From: Takakia lepidozioides
Lineage: Eukaryota; Plantae; Bryophyta
Direction of reading: 5' to 3'
NCBI GenBank assembly: GCA_030704615.1
Contig: CM060731.1
Span: 25,978,001 to 26,042,000 of the forward strand
Length of the DNA stretch: 64,000 bases
Shown: piece after piece, positions 51,201 to 64,000 of the stretch
Layout: each line of letters begins with the position of its first letter
How positions within the stretch are numbered: position 1 is the first letter of the stretch
Program-made: the position numbers and the translations under genes
Notes under the pieces: model-generated
What the model was told of the DNA's origin: nothing
The model's input: only the letters and a program-made list of their open reading frames with translations
The model's database searches: none

Positions 51201-54200
51201 CCTAACCTACTCAACGGACAAAACATAAGCAGATACGTTAGTGATCCTACAACAAGGATCATCTTATCGTGGGCAACCCATGATAACAATAACCAATCTC
51301 CCTAGCTTTTAGGCACCAATAAATTATTTTGATGAAGTATCTCGCATCCTTCACCGTGTATAGCTATTGTCACATTGGTGAATCATCGTCCCCTCAGGTC
51401 ATATTTGGATATGAACTGCATTGCAGCGAAGGATAAAACAGGTTGCGGGACCAAACATAGTTCAAGGGAGTTTGCAGGTGCCTAGGCACGTGGTCATTGT
51501 CCATAAACCCCAGAACCCCTTGTTAACACCTAAAGGTTCCCAGTCAACACACTACAGTCTTATTGAATTTATCCTCACTTTATATATATATATCTTTATC
51601 TTTGCTTACGACAGTGACGAGGACTGAGCTTTGACAGCAGTGCATGCTCCAGTAGGCTAGCAGAGCAGAAACATTTAACAATGAGTGTTAGCCCCATGAC
51701 AAATCAGGAGGTGTCCAGGTTGCAAGAGGACTAAGTTGATGTAGTTAGGTGGATCAGCATCATATAGAGCAACCATACCTAGCTAGTCTACTACTTGCTG
51801 CAATCAGCCAGCGTGCATACTCCCGTCGGGTACATATAGCCCCAGGCTCAATCCCTGGTTCCACTACCTGCAAAGTGATCAGCCATGCACTAAAAAGTAA
51901 GGATTGATGGTGCAGATGGGGCCAACATTTGTGCGATATGCAGACAGAACATAGAAAAACAGAACACAAACACTATCAACAACTCAAAGCTAAGGTGTTG
52001 CACAAAGGTGGGAAGGCCAACCTTAAGCGCCTGCAGTGCTGCTAATGCTTGCTCTTGCACTCTGTCAACCACCGCGGGCACCACGACCTTGGCTAGTGTT
52101 GCTTGAGAAGCTGCAGAGGGCGATGACGGAGCAGGAATGTGAACAGATGGGAAGTACCAAGACTCAGTGCCATGGGAAGGTTCACCTACATTGGTGCTCC
52201 CAAATTCTCCATCTCTATACTTAATGTCCGCTGCTTCTTCAGATGAGATATCAACAGTGAAAAGAGGAGATGGAGCCACATGTTGGGCCCCATCCAACAC
52301 AGAATCCGCCTCCTCATACAAATCATCTTCTGAATCACCTGGAGCACTAGTGTCTCCCTGGACAACTGTTGCACTACTGAAGGGCTCCCCAGGCTCTTGC
52401 ATAGACTCTGCAGCCCCCTTGCGAGACTTACCTCTTTCTAGACCCTCATCCTCACTGTCTCTGTTTTTCTTTTCTTCTTGTTGTTGTGACTCTATCAGAC
52501 TACTACCTTTACTGTCAACAACTGCAGGAGAAAGGGTGTCTGCCCCCATGATAGGGTCCACAAGAACTTCCACGGGGACACTATTATGGTCAACAACATT
52601 CAACACTTCCGAAGCAGCAACGACTATAAGAACAGGAGCACACTCGTATGAAGGAGAACCATGAGCACTTGGGCTCTGAGAAGACAGACCAGCAACGTCT
52701 GGCAATGGTACAGAAGGCTCAGCGGCATCAGCAGCAGCAGTACCACCAACAGCTTTAGATGATCTGTCTCCTCCCTCCTCAATACCCTGAGCATCCAGCC
52801 TGACACTTCCTCTCTCATCAAGAGAGTCACTGCTTGCAGGCCGCGTGCCCTCCTTGGCAAGTGAAGCCTCCTCTATAACACTTTCTTGCTTGGATTCTAG
52901 GTCTGTATCATGAAATGTGGCATCGGACAAAATAGCTTCTTCATCATCAGCACTCAACTCCCCAACCTCCTCACTTGGCAAAGAGGTCTGACCTGGGGCA
53001 GTCTTCTTATGGTGTAACTCAGCAGCATTCTCTATGTCAGGCTCCACCGTCTCTTTCTCTTCATCCAATTCCTGCTTGGTTTCCTCTGGTACAGGCTCAT
53101 GAATGGTGGCAGTTTCCTCGCTAATTGTATCTGGTGACTCTGATAAAGTTGTGGATGCAACCTGCTCTTGCTGTGTTGTGATAAGAGGCATTGTTGCTTG
53201 TCTCCTTCCTGCAAATTGACAACAACTCAGATCCTGTCAGAATAAGACACATTCTAGCCTTCGTCCTTGTGTTTCAAATTTGTGGGGGTCCAAAGACACA
53301 TTAGGAACAACTACAGAGAGACACCCACTTATGTAAATTATGATATACAACAGCACAAAGTAGGAATTCCATGAGATGCTATACAAGAGAAACCCCACAG
53401 TGTATAACTAATCTCTTAGCTAACTTATTGTCTGTCAGAGGATATTTAGAAAACATTGTCAGGAACTAAATAACAGTGAGATTACCATTTTTTGAATACA
53501 CAGCGTAGGATGCAATGGAGAAGCCAACTGCCAGCACAATCCCTGCCCCTACTTGTAGCAGACCTGCAATTACAACCAGCATTCATCATCATCATCATAA
53601 TCTCTCTCTCTCTCTCAACTCTCTTTCGTCCAATGAGCCCTGTGGACAAGCCTTTCCGAGACTTCTTTCTTTCTGGGCTGCTTGTGGAGGCCCCACTATC
53701 TTTCATGTTCCATGCTCTCTTGTCCGCAGCCATTACAATGTATCATTTCATTTCTTTCTTTTCCTCCTCTTCTCATATTGGCAACTCAATTTGTTCCTTG
53801 ATGTGAAGATCTTGCAAAAACGCATCAAATCCTAGCATTGACTAAACCCTACAGGATGATATTGAAACGCTCGTGTGGCGATGACTGTGTCACCATGAAG
53901 AAGATGTATAAGACACCCTAGACAGTGACGCTGATCAAAAATCGACTAGCAAAGACTCCTACACACGTGTCCACCTCCTGGAGTCAAGCTCCGGGTAGCA
54001 GCCCTCTGCTTCAAGCGACGAACATAATGATGCAGTACAAGATGTTCTTGCTGTATAGTTTTGAGAAGCACAACAAACCTTTCCAGTCGCGGTCAGGATT
54101 GGGATCGGCAGGTGCCCATCCAGCATACGGGTCAGGGGAAGGAGGAGACTCAGACTGCGACCATGGATGCGTTGGCAACTCCTTGCGGACACCCTGTGCC

Positions 54201-54358
54201 GACGCGTCTGCTTCTTCCTGAGCATTGCACCGGATGCAGGGGCGAGCATTGATATGAAAAGCGGGCACTGCGGACGATGGCGATGAATGCAAACCAAGAC
54301 CAACAGGTCTATGGGACAAGCACAAAGAGGTCGGAAGCGTCCTCACTGCCAGCGCCAT
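48262..54358 (-). CDS. Plastid-envelope SLH (S-layer homology) domain protein with coiled coil, 10 exons
   Basis: Exons 54358-54079, 53563-53486 (TM: GLLQVGAGIVLAVGFSIASYAVY), 53208-52022, 51867-51779, 51055-50952, 50628-50520, 50257-50182, 49844-49730, 49587-49056, 48883-48262, all GT-AG and in phase. Motifs: VVVPAVVD..ALQALKV, CTRREYARWL, AFDDV..EDPDFPYIQGLAEAGLIS, FQPENPTTKAQAAIAL. Transit-peptide-like N-terminus. Confidence 0.92.
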
Positions 54359-55100
54359 GACCGCAGATGAGAAACTTCCTCTCCCCTCCTTTATCGAGAA
54401 GTATCGTCCCTGCTCAAACTGACACGCACACAGATAGATCTCCTCCCGTCTCCTTCTTATCAACTTTCCCGATCCTCACCTCGATCCTTGCTCCATCACG
54501 CCTCCAACGACAGATCCGCAGCCCTTCTTGAAACCACGGTACATAGAATCCAATCCAACAACTGTCTCGAGACCTCAAGAAACCCCTACCTTCGATCCGC
54601 CTGCCACACTCTCCAGCTCCCGCATTCTCTTGACAAAATTCAGGAAATTTTTTAAATCCGATCCCCGAACCAGCAACCTCAATCCCGCAAGCACCTCACC
54701 CGCTTCAATCCCACGCGCCAACCAAACAAATCACCACATCGCATCCCATCTGCCACTCCTCCACATCGCCTTGCGCCACAACATTCTGCAACCACGACGC
54801 CGGCCTCCCCTCGCCGGACCCGTCTCCCCGACTATTATAAACACGACCGGAATGGCCGACCCGCGACGTGTGGCCGGCCCCTGCTGCCACGAAGCCGCCA
54901 CGTTGGCTGCGTGGCCAGGTGTCTACGGCTGCTCTGCGCCGCCGTGTCGCAGAGCGACGACGGTTTCACACGGAATGACTCTCGTCTCCGTAGATTACAT
55001 TACTTCGTAACGTGCCATCGCAAGCTCCGTGATTGCGCTTGGTATTCACGTTGCGGGAGTACCTCTTGTATGAATCGGTTACAAATATATAGAAAGTATC

Positions 55101-55156
55101 GAGAGAGAGAGAGAGAGAGAGAGACACTCACACACAATCACACACATACACACACA
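55101..55156. repeat. (GA)n/(CA)n microsatellite
   Basis: Directly visible. Confidence 0.9.
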
Positions 55157-55868
55157 GAAGGATATGTGTCCAACTGCTGAGTACAATTATTCAACCGCTG
55201 ATTCAGAAGTAGTAGTGTGCGTGGGGGGAGGAGCAAATTTGGTTTATTTGTTTCTCAAGCTGTTAGGTTTTATCAGTCTTCAGATTCATTTTGTAGATCA
55301 TTCTGAGCTGACGCTTGAATTCAGAAAATTGAAATCTCCTGAGGGAGCGTCGTAATCAGTAATGCGCGAGGCAACCTCAAGTAGATGTGATAGACTAGGC
55401 AAAACGGAATAAGATTTGATGAATTAGCATGAAGCTAGACGAGGAACGAGGATGCGAGTAGCTAAGCGATTCGAGGGCTGTTCATTGGCTTGCTTGTCAC
55501 TTGGCCATCAAGACCTAGCACTGTGTGTGGGATCTTGATCAGTTTGGAGTATGCAAGATCGACCTGAATCTGCAATCGGCGCGGCACCCGAAGATAGGTA
55601 ACTTTGTGCAACTGATGATTTAACCAGAGAAATCATACAAAGTGTTATAAGTCAAGTTCTTAACAAGTTTCAACCGGATTGATAAGGGGACTGTGGACGG
55701 TAGTCATATACGTAGTTGTCGCTTCCAAGTGACACATTGGCTCATGTGCGTGCTGTGATGGCTTCAGTTCACTGACATTCTCCAATTTGATCGCTTCACC
55801 GACATTGGTGTTGCCTCGTCAAATTGGACCCACCCTTCAAATATCAATGGGAAGTATCAGGCAGTTTT

Positions 55869-57077
55869 CTAGACTTTTGCACCTAAACTAAGAGAGCTAA
55901 CCAAACCCATAATACCGCTCTTGCAATCCTCCTTGGCCCTGTTTCGTAATTGACGAGGCAAGAATCCACGGCATGTCCATGTGTGTTGCTTTATGTCATA
56001 CACCACAACTACTTCATCGCCGTGTGGACATATTCTCCTCCACATGAATATGAGATTGTCATGGCTCACCACTTTAAATTCAGCGTAGATCATGGCGAAA
56101 CCAGCTCTTGCAAGCTCTGTTCTTGCAATGAATATGAGATTGTCATGGCTCACCACTGTAAGTTCGGTGTAGATATTGCCCAAACTAGTTCTTGCAATCT
56201 CCAGCCACTCTACAGTCTTTGTAGAAACTTTCAACTCCCACACATAGAAGATGCTTCTACATATTGCCAAGGGGTCATCTCTAGGAGCAACAACCCCAGC
56301 TAGCAATAGCCGCCCCTCGCTCTCTACAAGACTTCGAGGACAAACTACACTACCAAGTCCACCAGAATCAGGCATTTGTACAGCAACTTCAGTCCACACA
56401 CCCCTGCCAATGTCACAAGCTATCAAACTGTAGCCTCTCTCCATAAATAGAGCAAAGAGAGTACGCCCACATATCACACTTCCTGAACAATACGCAACAC
56501 CTTCTGTGGGCATCTTTCCAGTTTTGGTCCAACACTTGCAAAATGAGTCGTAGATATCTGTTCTCCAACGTCTCCTGCTGTAGGACAAGGACCTTGTAGG
56601 TGTGCTGCATCGATCCACAATCATATTCACCATGTTCACATTGAGGAAACGTGTTGAATTGTTGTGAGGCAGGGCAGGCAATTGTCTGGAACTGTTCAAC
56701 ACAGGATTGCACACAATCCATAAACCTTTGTCCTCGGCCGTCACACAATATAAGCCTCCATTTGCAGCACGAACGCTGTATAAGGATTCGGATTCCTTGG
56801 GGAATTTGAGTCTGATCTTGTGCCACCGTCCAGTTGTGGGGTCATACGACACGCAAATATCTTGGCTTTTATAACCGTCAAAAAACAAGAGATAGGAGCA
56901 GTCTTGGCGAAGAGGAAGAGGGAGGTGCTTACAGAGTTGTTGGAAACCAGCAGTAGATGGGAGGGAGTTCCACAACTTGCAAACCGACTTAAAGCGGGCA
57001 AGACTTGGATACGGCAAGCAGGCCAACACTACCATCACTAACTCTAAAGGGAGCCTGCTCCAAATCTCCTCCTCCAT
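55869..57077 (-). CDS. Intronless F-box/kelch-like protein
   Basis: IWSRLPLELVMVVLACLPYPSLARFKSVCKLWN; GGLYCV; VCNPV; IYDSFCKCW; LVESEGRLLL. Confidence 0.88.
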   Translation of the reverse strand: MEEEIWSRLPLELVMVVLACLPYPSLARFKSVCKLWNSLPSTAGFQQLCKHLPLPLRQDCSYLLFFDGYKSQDICVSYDPTTGRWHKIRLKFPKESESLYSVRAANGGLYCVTAEDKGLWIVCNPVLNSSRQLPALPHNNSTRFLNVNMVNMIVDRCSTPTRSLSYSRRRWRTDIYDSFCKCWTKTGKMPTEGVAYCSGSVICGRTLFALFMERGYSLIACDIGRGVWTEVAVQMPDSGGLGSVVCPRSLVESEGRLLLAGVVAPRDDPLAICRSIFYVWELKVSTKTVEWLEIARTSLGNIYTELTVVSHDNLIFIARTELARAGFAMIYAEFKVVSHDNLIFMWRRICPHGDEVVVVYDIKQHTWTCRGFLPRQLRNRAKEDCKSGIMGLVSSLSLGAKV

Positions 57078-57682
57078 ATTGCTGCTCGAGGTCGTTTCGG
57101 TAACAAAAGCTCAAAAGCTCGCTAATTGTGCTCTTCTGATTCTGGGGGAAAGGAGAAAGACAATACAGAGCCTTGGGCCTCTGAGATTTTATACCCATGA
57201 GCTGGACTATTGTTGGTATCATGTCTTTGTTATCCAAAGCCTCGCTCTTGCTTTTGCTATTCTGGTACTTGAACCTTCTTTGCTGCCCATCCACTTTCCT
57301 TTTACTATTTCCACCCGTGCTTTTTGTTTTGTGGTCTGTACATAGAATAGAAACCTGGCAGCGTGGAAGCTGGATACACAGGCGAGTCGGACACTCTTGC
57401 TCTTCACAGAGGTCACAAACAGCAGGTGTGTTTGAACGTTGGTGTGTAAGGTTAGTAGTTAGAGGGAAGCTGCACTGAGCCAATTGATCGGAAACGAATT
57501 AAAATGGCCCTCCATCAGCAGCTGCTGAAAGTCAGACTATTAAGAAGACAATAATAGAAGACAAACAATGCAATCTGTGAGAGATGAAGGGGCCGTAAAA
57601 CAAGCAAGAAAAAACAAAAAAGGGTGGTGCACAGCTTGGCAGTGCCGTGCTCATGCTAGATTTTACCCTGTCTCCATCTGAA

Positions 57683-58120
57683 GGCAGGTTCACACGGCAA
57701 AAGTCCGTCCGTCCCATCCGGACGTGGCGGCTGCAGCGGGCCGGGGTCCACCCTTGAGGAACGCGACGGCGAGGAAGGGACGGACGGCCTGGCCACTGTA
57801 GGTACTATGGCTAGATGGGGCGGACGGATTTTTGCCGTGTGAACCTGCCTACGTGTGGTACTTCCCGCTGCTGTCCGTCGCTGTCCATCCCAATCCCTCA
57901 TTCCTTCTCCCTGGCTATCATGGCTAAAACATGTATGTAGGGTTTAGCCGGAGGGCTCTTTATGAGAGCTTCTCTTGCTAAACTTATATGTTGCGTCACG
58001 TGTGTACTATCGCGTGTGAACATGTTGCACCGTCAGTCCCGTCCGTCCCCCTCCACATGTGCGGAGGGCCCACCACTATGGCTAGATGGGACGGATGGAT
58101 TTTTGCCGTGTGAACCTGCC
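57683..58120. mobile_element. MITE (PIF/Harbinger-like) with one left and two right TIR copies
   Basis: GGCAGGTTCACACGGCAAAA at 57683; reverse complements end at 57849 and 58120; TGA near both outer flanks. Confidence 0.8.
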
Positions 58121-60715
58121 TGAGACAGGTGCATCCACCATTTCCGGATATTCAACGTCCTGCATGCATACCATTCACCATCTGTCTAGGTTAAGTAAAC
58201 CGACCAGCAGCAGCATCATATTGCCTTCCGTCTGCTTTCTTCTATCTGCAGATTCATATGCAATAGGGTGCAGCTGTCGTCTCCATGCTGCAAATTTCAA
58301 AACCGCCCTCAGCAGCAGTTGAACTGAACTGTACGAGGTTGATTGTGGGCAGATCCTCTCAGAGATCTCTTCTGTGCAGAAACAGCGATGACTCCGAAGG
58401 TCTTGTCACAATGCTACCCACGATGTTCGTCCAGTAATCGAACGAAAGCAGGGATTGGTCAGCTGTCAATATTGCATGGCGAGACTAAAGAACAGAATCA
58501 AAGGCTCGTCTATGAATGTCTCGGCCTGTGGTCTCATCCAAACCCTGTCACCTCCATCCCTGGTGCCTGTGCAGGCGCTGCCTGTGTGCCTTCCTGGGTC
58601 CGCACCCCCTCTGTAACCGACCCCTCTCAATCTCCCTCACTCTCCCATACTAAAATGACCTGTTTGCTGTGTTGGATGTACTTTCTTTTTGTCTTGTAAA
58701 TTTTGAGAATTCCAAGCTCTGCCGTTTTTTTCCCTAGTATCTTAAGTGGGCGTTGTCGCTTCGAGGATCCAGTAAGCATGCACTCAAGGCTGGAATAGGT
58801 GAGGGAGCTGCTCGAAGTAATCTACATGTAGCTCCCCCGCGCATTCCGAATTAACCTCATCTGGGTTACTCGGCAGCCACAGCAATGTGTTATCCACGAG
58901 TTTCCATTCTCGGGCTTGCTCTGCGCAGGTTCCAAGTCGGTGAGCATATCTGCGTAGATTGACGAAAACGGGAGGCTTCCGACAACAGCATCGATGGAGG
59001 CGCGCTGTCGCCAAGCATTGTCGTTGAAAATGATGCTATCAGACACCATGTAAGTTTAAGATGTTCCTTGGAGTCTGGAGATACTGGGTGGGTCAAACTT
59101 GGGTATATTTCGTTTATAAGGAACTAACAAACTCAAAGGCTTTTGCCCTACATCCGTAACCATACTTTCCAAGGGAGGAGGCGGAATGGTGGGGGGGGCT
59201 GAGAGCAGCAGCAAGGCAAGGCGTGTCAGGCCTTCCCCTATGATGGTCGATAGAACGGAGAATTCCTCCCATAACTTCACACTCGCCTGAGGATTTTCAG
59301 CACAGGGCACTGGAAATGTGTTCAGACTCACCAGGGAGACCTCAAGATGTACAGCAAGGGGTTTATGAAAAATCCGCAGGGAGGTTTTAGATTGGTGCCG
59401 AGTTAGTGTGTAGCAGTTATGCTTAGGTTCCAAATTCAAACATGGTGGAAGCTCCATGCGCCCCATATCTGCCAGCACTCTGACCCGAAAGTGCAACAGG
59501 TTTCAAGAGGATGAGCTTTTCTCTCCGTTGGCTCAGTGTATTGGAACAATAATTGCACCATGAATTCGCCTCATCTGGGTCTGTAAAGGGAAAAAAGGGA
59601 AGGGATGATGGAGCGGGAGACCTTCTGTCCCTGGATATTGCCATCTTGCCCCACACACATAATTTGGTACCCTATTGAGGCAAGGAGAACGAGTTGACTG
59701 GGATGTGGCTCTGGGAGATCACTCCTTGCAATCAATTACCCGTGCCCATGTGAAAGATCTGTTACGGATGTTGAATAGCTTAGCATCAATTGTGCTTGCA
59801 AAGCTCCATGGTATTGCCTTCAAACTCCAATTTCATCCTTAGGCAAAAAACCATGATCTCTTCTTTGCAGCACATTCCACTCTTGACAGAAAGGAGAGTG
59901 CTCCTATGAAATGCAGCCACTATATGTGATTGTTAATGTATCTCACTCATCCCCCTAGTGGTGTATTGTGGTGCATTGGAAAACAAGACTTACATGATCA
60001 AGTTGGGGAGCAACAATGACTGAGACATCAATGGGCCAGCCCTTGCTGGCTGTTGCCAAGCCCGCCATCAGCAATGATCCTGGTCAGTAGGCGTCAACTT
60101 GTTGAGTTCAATTTCTGCAGGCACACATTATACCCCATTATACCCTGAGCAGACTGAATGAGGACACAGCCATATGTCCATCCAAAATCAATGAAGCGTT
60201 CTTGTCTGACCTAGTCCTTGAACTGGCATGACAAATGTTGGGTCTGACTCAATCAAGCTGGGATTTAGAGCTATATTCTGAATCTATCAGCTCATCAGTT
60301 GATCATTGGCTTGTGTTTACCACTTCTTAAATTGCGGGGGAGAGAGGGATAGCAAAATCATAAAAATGGAAGAGGACAATTTAGAAGGGCCCTTCATGCT
60401 CTCTTAATTTCCAGGATATAGGTTATGGCCTGCAGCATTGCTTTGGCAAATTTCCAGAGTGGATCAAAAGGTCTTAATAGAAGTGGAGGGTGAGCTAGCT
60501 CTGTAGCTAAGTTCTTTTAAGTTCTCTCACTCTTGCTGTTTCTGATGATCAAATGGTTATGGTTCCAAGCACTTCGTTTATAAGTGTAGGTCCTTTTGTA
60601 GCTCTCCCTGTTGGCTGCGTAAGGCAACAGAGCTACGTTCTCTGCTTATTTCTCCAGTGTTCAAATTTTGACCTCTGCTGAGGTTTCATGTTGTACTGCC
60701 ATTGACCCAATCAGG

Positions 60716-63700
60716 CTAGTGTAACAAGAAAGCTCGTGGATGGCAGGTGATGAAGATATTATCAAGTACATGGAGGATGCCTTGACTTCGATTGCAGCTG
60801 CCAATGTGGAAGGCCTTAGAACTGTTATGATGGTATATGCCATTGGTGCCCTTACCAGCTGCTCTATCAACTCTTTACATTGTTCACATCTTCTAGTCCC
60901 CTATGTTAGAAGTAGAAGCTCCAGGAAGAGCTGGACTGAACATCCTTCTCTTGGGCCTTTTGGGCCTCTGGCTGATGTAACAAATTTCTTTCGTTTTCTT
61001 CTCTGAGGCATGCAGGCTGTAATTGCAGACAATGAGTACAGAAAGGGAGAGACGGTTAGGGAAGTAAAGAAAGAGGAAGGGACAGAGTGATGTACTCCTT
61101 TATCATTCCTCTGAACATTGGAGGGAATCATTATCCTTGTGGGACAAACGAGAGTTTTAAGTGAGCATCATTCTAACACTGCTACTAGCTCTCTACATCA
61201 ATACAGATGTGATCTAGGTGCGCTAGAGTGAGAAAAAGGCAGTGAGACAGACTGAATTCCTTGGTCTTTCCCTGCCGTTGGGTATGACATACCCTGGAGG
61301 GTATAGTTCTGGGGCAATATCAACCCTTCCAGAGCCAGTTAGCGGTTTATTCTACAGCCCTCCAGTCTCTGGCCAAAATTGCCATAGTGTTTTGCCAAAG
61401 CCAGCCTATTCTAGTTACAGGAACAGAGTGTTGATGTTGGGGCTGGTGTAGACATCATGCTATGGGAAGTTTTGCATCACGTACAATCAGGAGGTCACAG
61501 ATCCTTGTCTGCTAATGATGGGTTCTGCATAGAAAGAAAAAACCTGATATGACGTGAAAGGGGCTGCCCTACAGGGACAAAGTAAAACAAGAGGAGGGAT
61601 GGTTTCTTTATGAGGACCTCCCACTGAAAAGTAACCCTCATGAACATGGTTGTGGATTTGCTGCCACCAGGGGGAGAGAGATCTTAACCTCTAAATCCTC
61701 ATTAATCATCTTATAAGGTGTCTTTGGGGAGGATGATGGTAAGTGAAAAAGGCATGCACTTGTCTGATCTCCAGGTCCTAAACAAGGATGCAACAGAGGA
61801 GGGCGTAATAGCAATGGTGGAGAAAATGGAAGAGCTCTTTGACCGGTTCAATTCGCAGCAGGTTTTTGTGATCAAGAAGTCCCTGAGAGCATATGCCGAA
61901 GGAGGGCGCTTGGACCTTAGTGAAATTGAAAAGGTTTGCCTTTGACAGCTCAATCATTTGACATGGCTTCAGTCGTCTGTAAGCATGCAAACTACAGATG
62001 ATCACCCATTCTCCTAGTCCGCCATGAGCATCGGCCAATTAATATTTCCCTCAAATCTTGGATCAATGCCTCACCACTAGCCAATGTGGACAACTCACAC
62101 AGCAAAAGGTGAAGATCCAAAGCTTTAGTGACGGATTCAATTGTTAGTGATGTTGCAACAACTCAACATAATAAAATTTCCTGCATGGTGCAGATGAATT
62201 GTAACAGGGATTTGCAAGAAGGGGTTGAACTTGTGCTGGAGGTCAGCAAGCTTGATGCTGTGGGTCTGGAGCCTCAAGCAAGCCTTATCGAGCTCCCACA
62301 GTCTAGTGCGCTGGTGGGTGAAACGAGTTCCATCAATCTCACCCCCAAGCCCATCAGGTAGGTCCTTATGTGAGAACTTATCACCTCCTGCTAGTTGTGC
62401 ACTTTCTACTTGTCATTGAGTCTACCCAATGCATTTTCTCGAAGACTTTGTGTTACCTATATATCAAGGATAGAAACTTAACAGCTGGACATTGCTGAAA
62501 AACTTGTGCTTGACTGGTGGATGGAGCCACAGTGAGTTGAAGATTGAACGCAAATGGTCTGACACCTGGAAGCAGGTTGTGAAGGGTGTTTTAAACCGGC
62601 ACCGGCGGGAGAGGGTTCGGTACGCACTTGTACTCCACCAGCTTCTCGCTGTCTAGATGCTTTCTAAGTTTGGTTATGGAGTTTTGGAGTGTGTGTGTAA
62701 GAGAGCGGTGTTATGAAGTTTGATCTAAGGTGTCTTCCCCTTCCTCCATCATCACAAGTACAGAGGAAGCAGTCTTCATGGTGCACTGATAGCGAAGTAA
62801 AGGCTTATAGGCCAGTTTTGTGGTAACGAGGTGTCTGCTTCATAAAAGTCGCATCTCTGAAATTCAAATTTCTCAATTTGGTATCCACTTGGGCCCTACC
62901 TGCACATCTGAAGGGAAGTGAAGGGTATAACTCACAGGGGGGTTTGGAGGGTTTGAGAATGACAGAGATTTGGCCATTAAATCAATGCATCCGCCAGTTG
63001 CGGCTATCCCGAAGTCAGACACAACAAAAGAGCGGCTTCGGGTGATACTAAGGTACATACACTCATCATATGTATCAGCTTGTCAATAAATATAATCTTC
63101 CGTTTCAATGGTTGGTATGGTGTTAAATATGGCTGTGGCTTCATTCCTCTGTGTAATTAAGGCTTTCATCTTGGAGCCTAGTAAACTCAGCTTAATCAAG
63201 TCCAGTTGGTTTGCCGGATCTGCTAAGTCTGATCTCTGAAGGTTGAGTGAATTATCACTTGGACACTGATATGGCTCATTCAATATACTCTATGAACTCT
63301 CATTGTCTACATGCCAAGAGGAGAAGCAGTCTGACTATCAGAGCCCCTTTCTGAGGAGTCCCACTTTTTTAATTAGATCGCTAACAATAGTAGCTGAACT
63401 CTACCCATGATGCTTAGAACTTTTTCTTGCAGGAATTGCTGCACGATTTATTAGGTGAATTACAGAGTACTAAACTAATCTCAAAAAGTGATCAAAATGA
63501 TGAATGATGATTAGATAATGGTCTCAATAATGGCCGGGTGACAACTCTGCTGTTGATTTTTGACATTGTATGCACCATCTCCACTACCAAAATCTTCAGG
63601 ATACAAAATGGAGCACAAAATTTTACTCGACAATTGGTACAAATGCAAGGATGTTGGGTTTTAGACAGTTGAGAATGCCTTTGTTCAGATGGCAGCTGTG

Positions 63701-63877
63701 CTCATGTATTCAGGCTCTCACAGTCATGAATTGGATTACTGCAGCAACCACTTCCTCTTTGGAGACCTAGAAAACGACTTGAGAGAGGAAATAATAGATT
63801 CATGCCAGGATGTTCGCGTCTCGCCGGGGACAGAAATCATCAAGCAGGGTGATGTTGCTGACAATTTCTACATTATT
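60716..63877 (+). CDS. Part of a multi-exon gene with a cyclic-nucleotide-binding domain; continues past the window, exon structure approximate
   Basis: GT-AG-bounded coding segments at ~60716-60832, 61016-61053, 61755-61933, 62208-62357, 62485-62619 and ~63745-63877. The last reads NHFLFGDL..REEIIDSC..GTEIIKQGDVADNFYII. Confidence 0.7.
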
Positions 63878-64000
63878 GTAAGTGTGTCTGAAAATTCAAC
63901 ATTACCCACCTAAGTTCCACTTTCTCTAGTGCAACCACAGCCACAGGTGTCAAATCTGTGTGGAGGTAGATGACTAAAGTAGCATGCATAGGATCAACCT

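Noticed and set aside
54528-55010. 160-aa plus-strand ORF
   Set aside because: GC-rich promoter region of the SLH gene with no domain features.
58340-60500. Minus-strand ORFs 58784-59656 or additional plus-strand exons
   Set aside because: No recognisable domain and no consistent splice phase; left unannotated.

Overview
Eukaryotic land-plant DNA, most consistent with a seed-free plant such as a bryophyte. This is inferred from Tcn1-like Ty3 elements, PLS-PPR fragments, short GT-AG introns and a cNMP-binding exon. The first ~47 kb is a nest of decayed transposons: a Ty3/gypsy chromovirus-like element, three Ty1/copia pieces, a DUF659-type hAT transposase flanked by palindrome arrays, an LTR element with a GGCC TSD, a non-autonomous CACTA and a Sola-like DDD transposase. 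These sit in a locally duplicated host block (2,4-dienoyl-CoA reductase exon, F-box gene, unidentified pseudo-exon). One copy of the block is interrupted by a ~15 kb insertion with a Helitron-like terminus. Its cargo includes a spliced ORF with Pol II CTD-like YSP/SPTY repeats and an FCP1/NIF phosphatase-like pseudogene. A 143-bp TG..CA element with a perfect 5-bp TSD contains a tRNA-like sequence (Helenus-like solo LTR). The last ~16 kb is host genic DNA: a 10-exon plastid SLH-domain gene, a second F-box gene, a MITE and the 5' part of a cNMP-binding-domain gene. All calls are from reading the sequence; no database searches were run.
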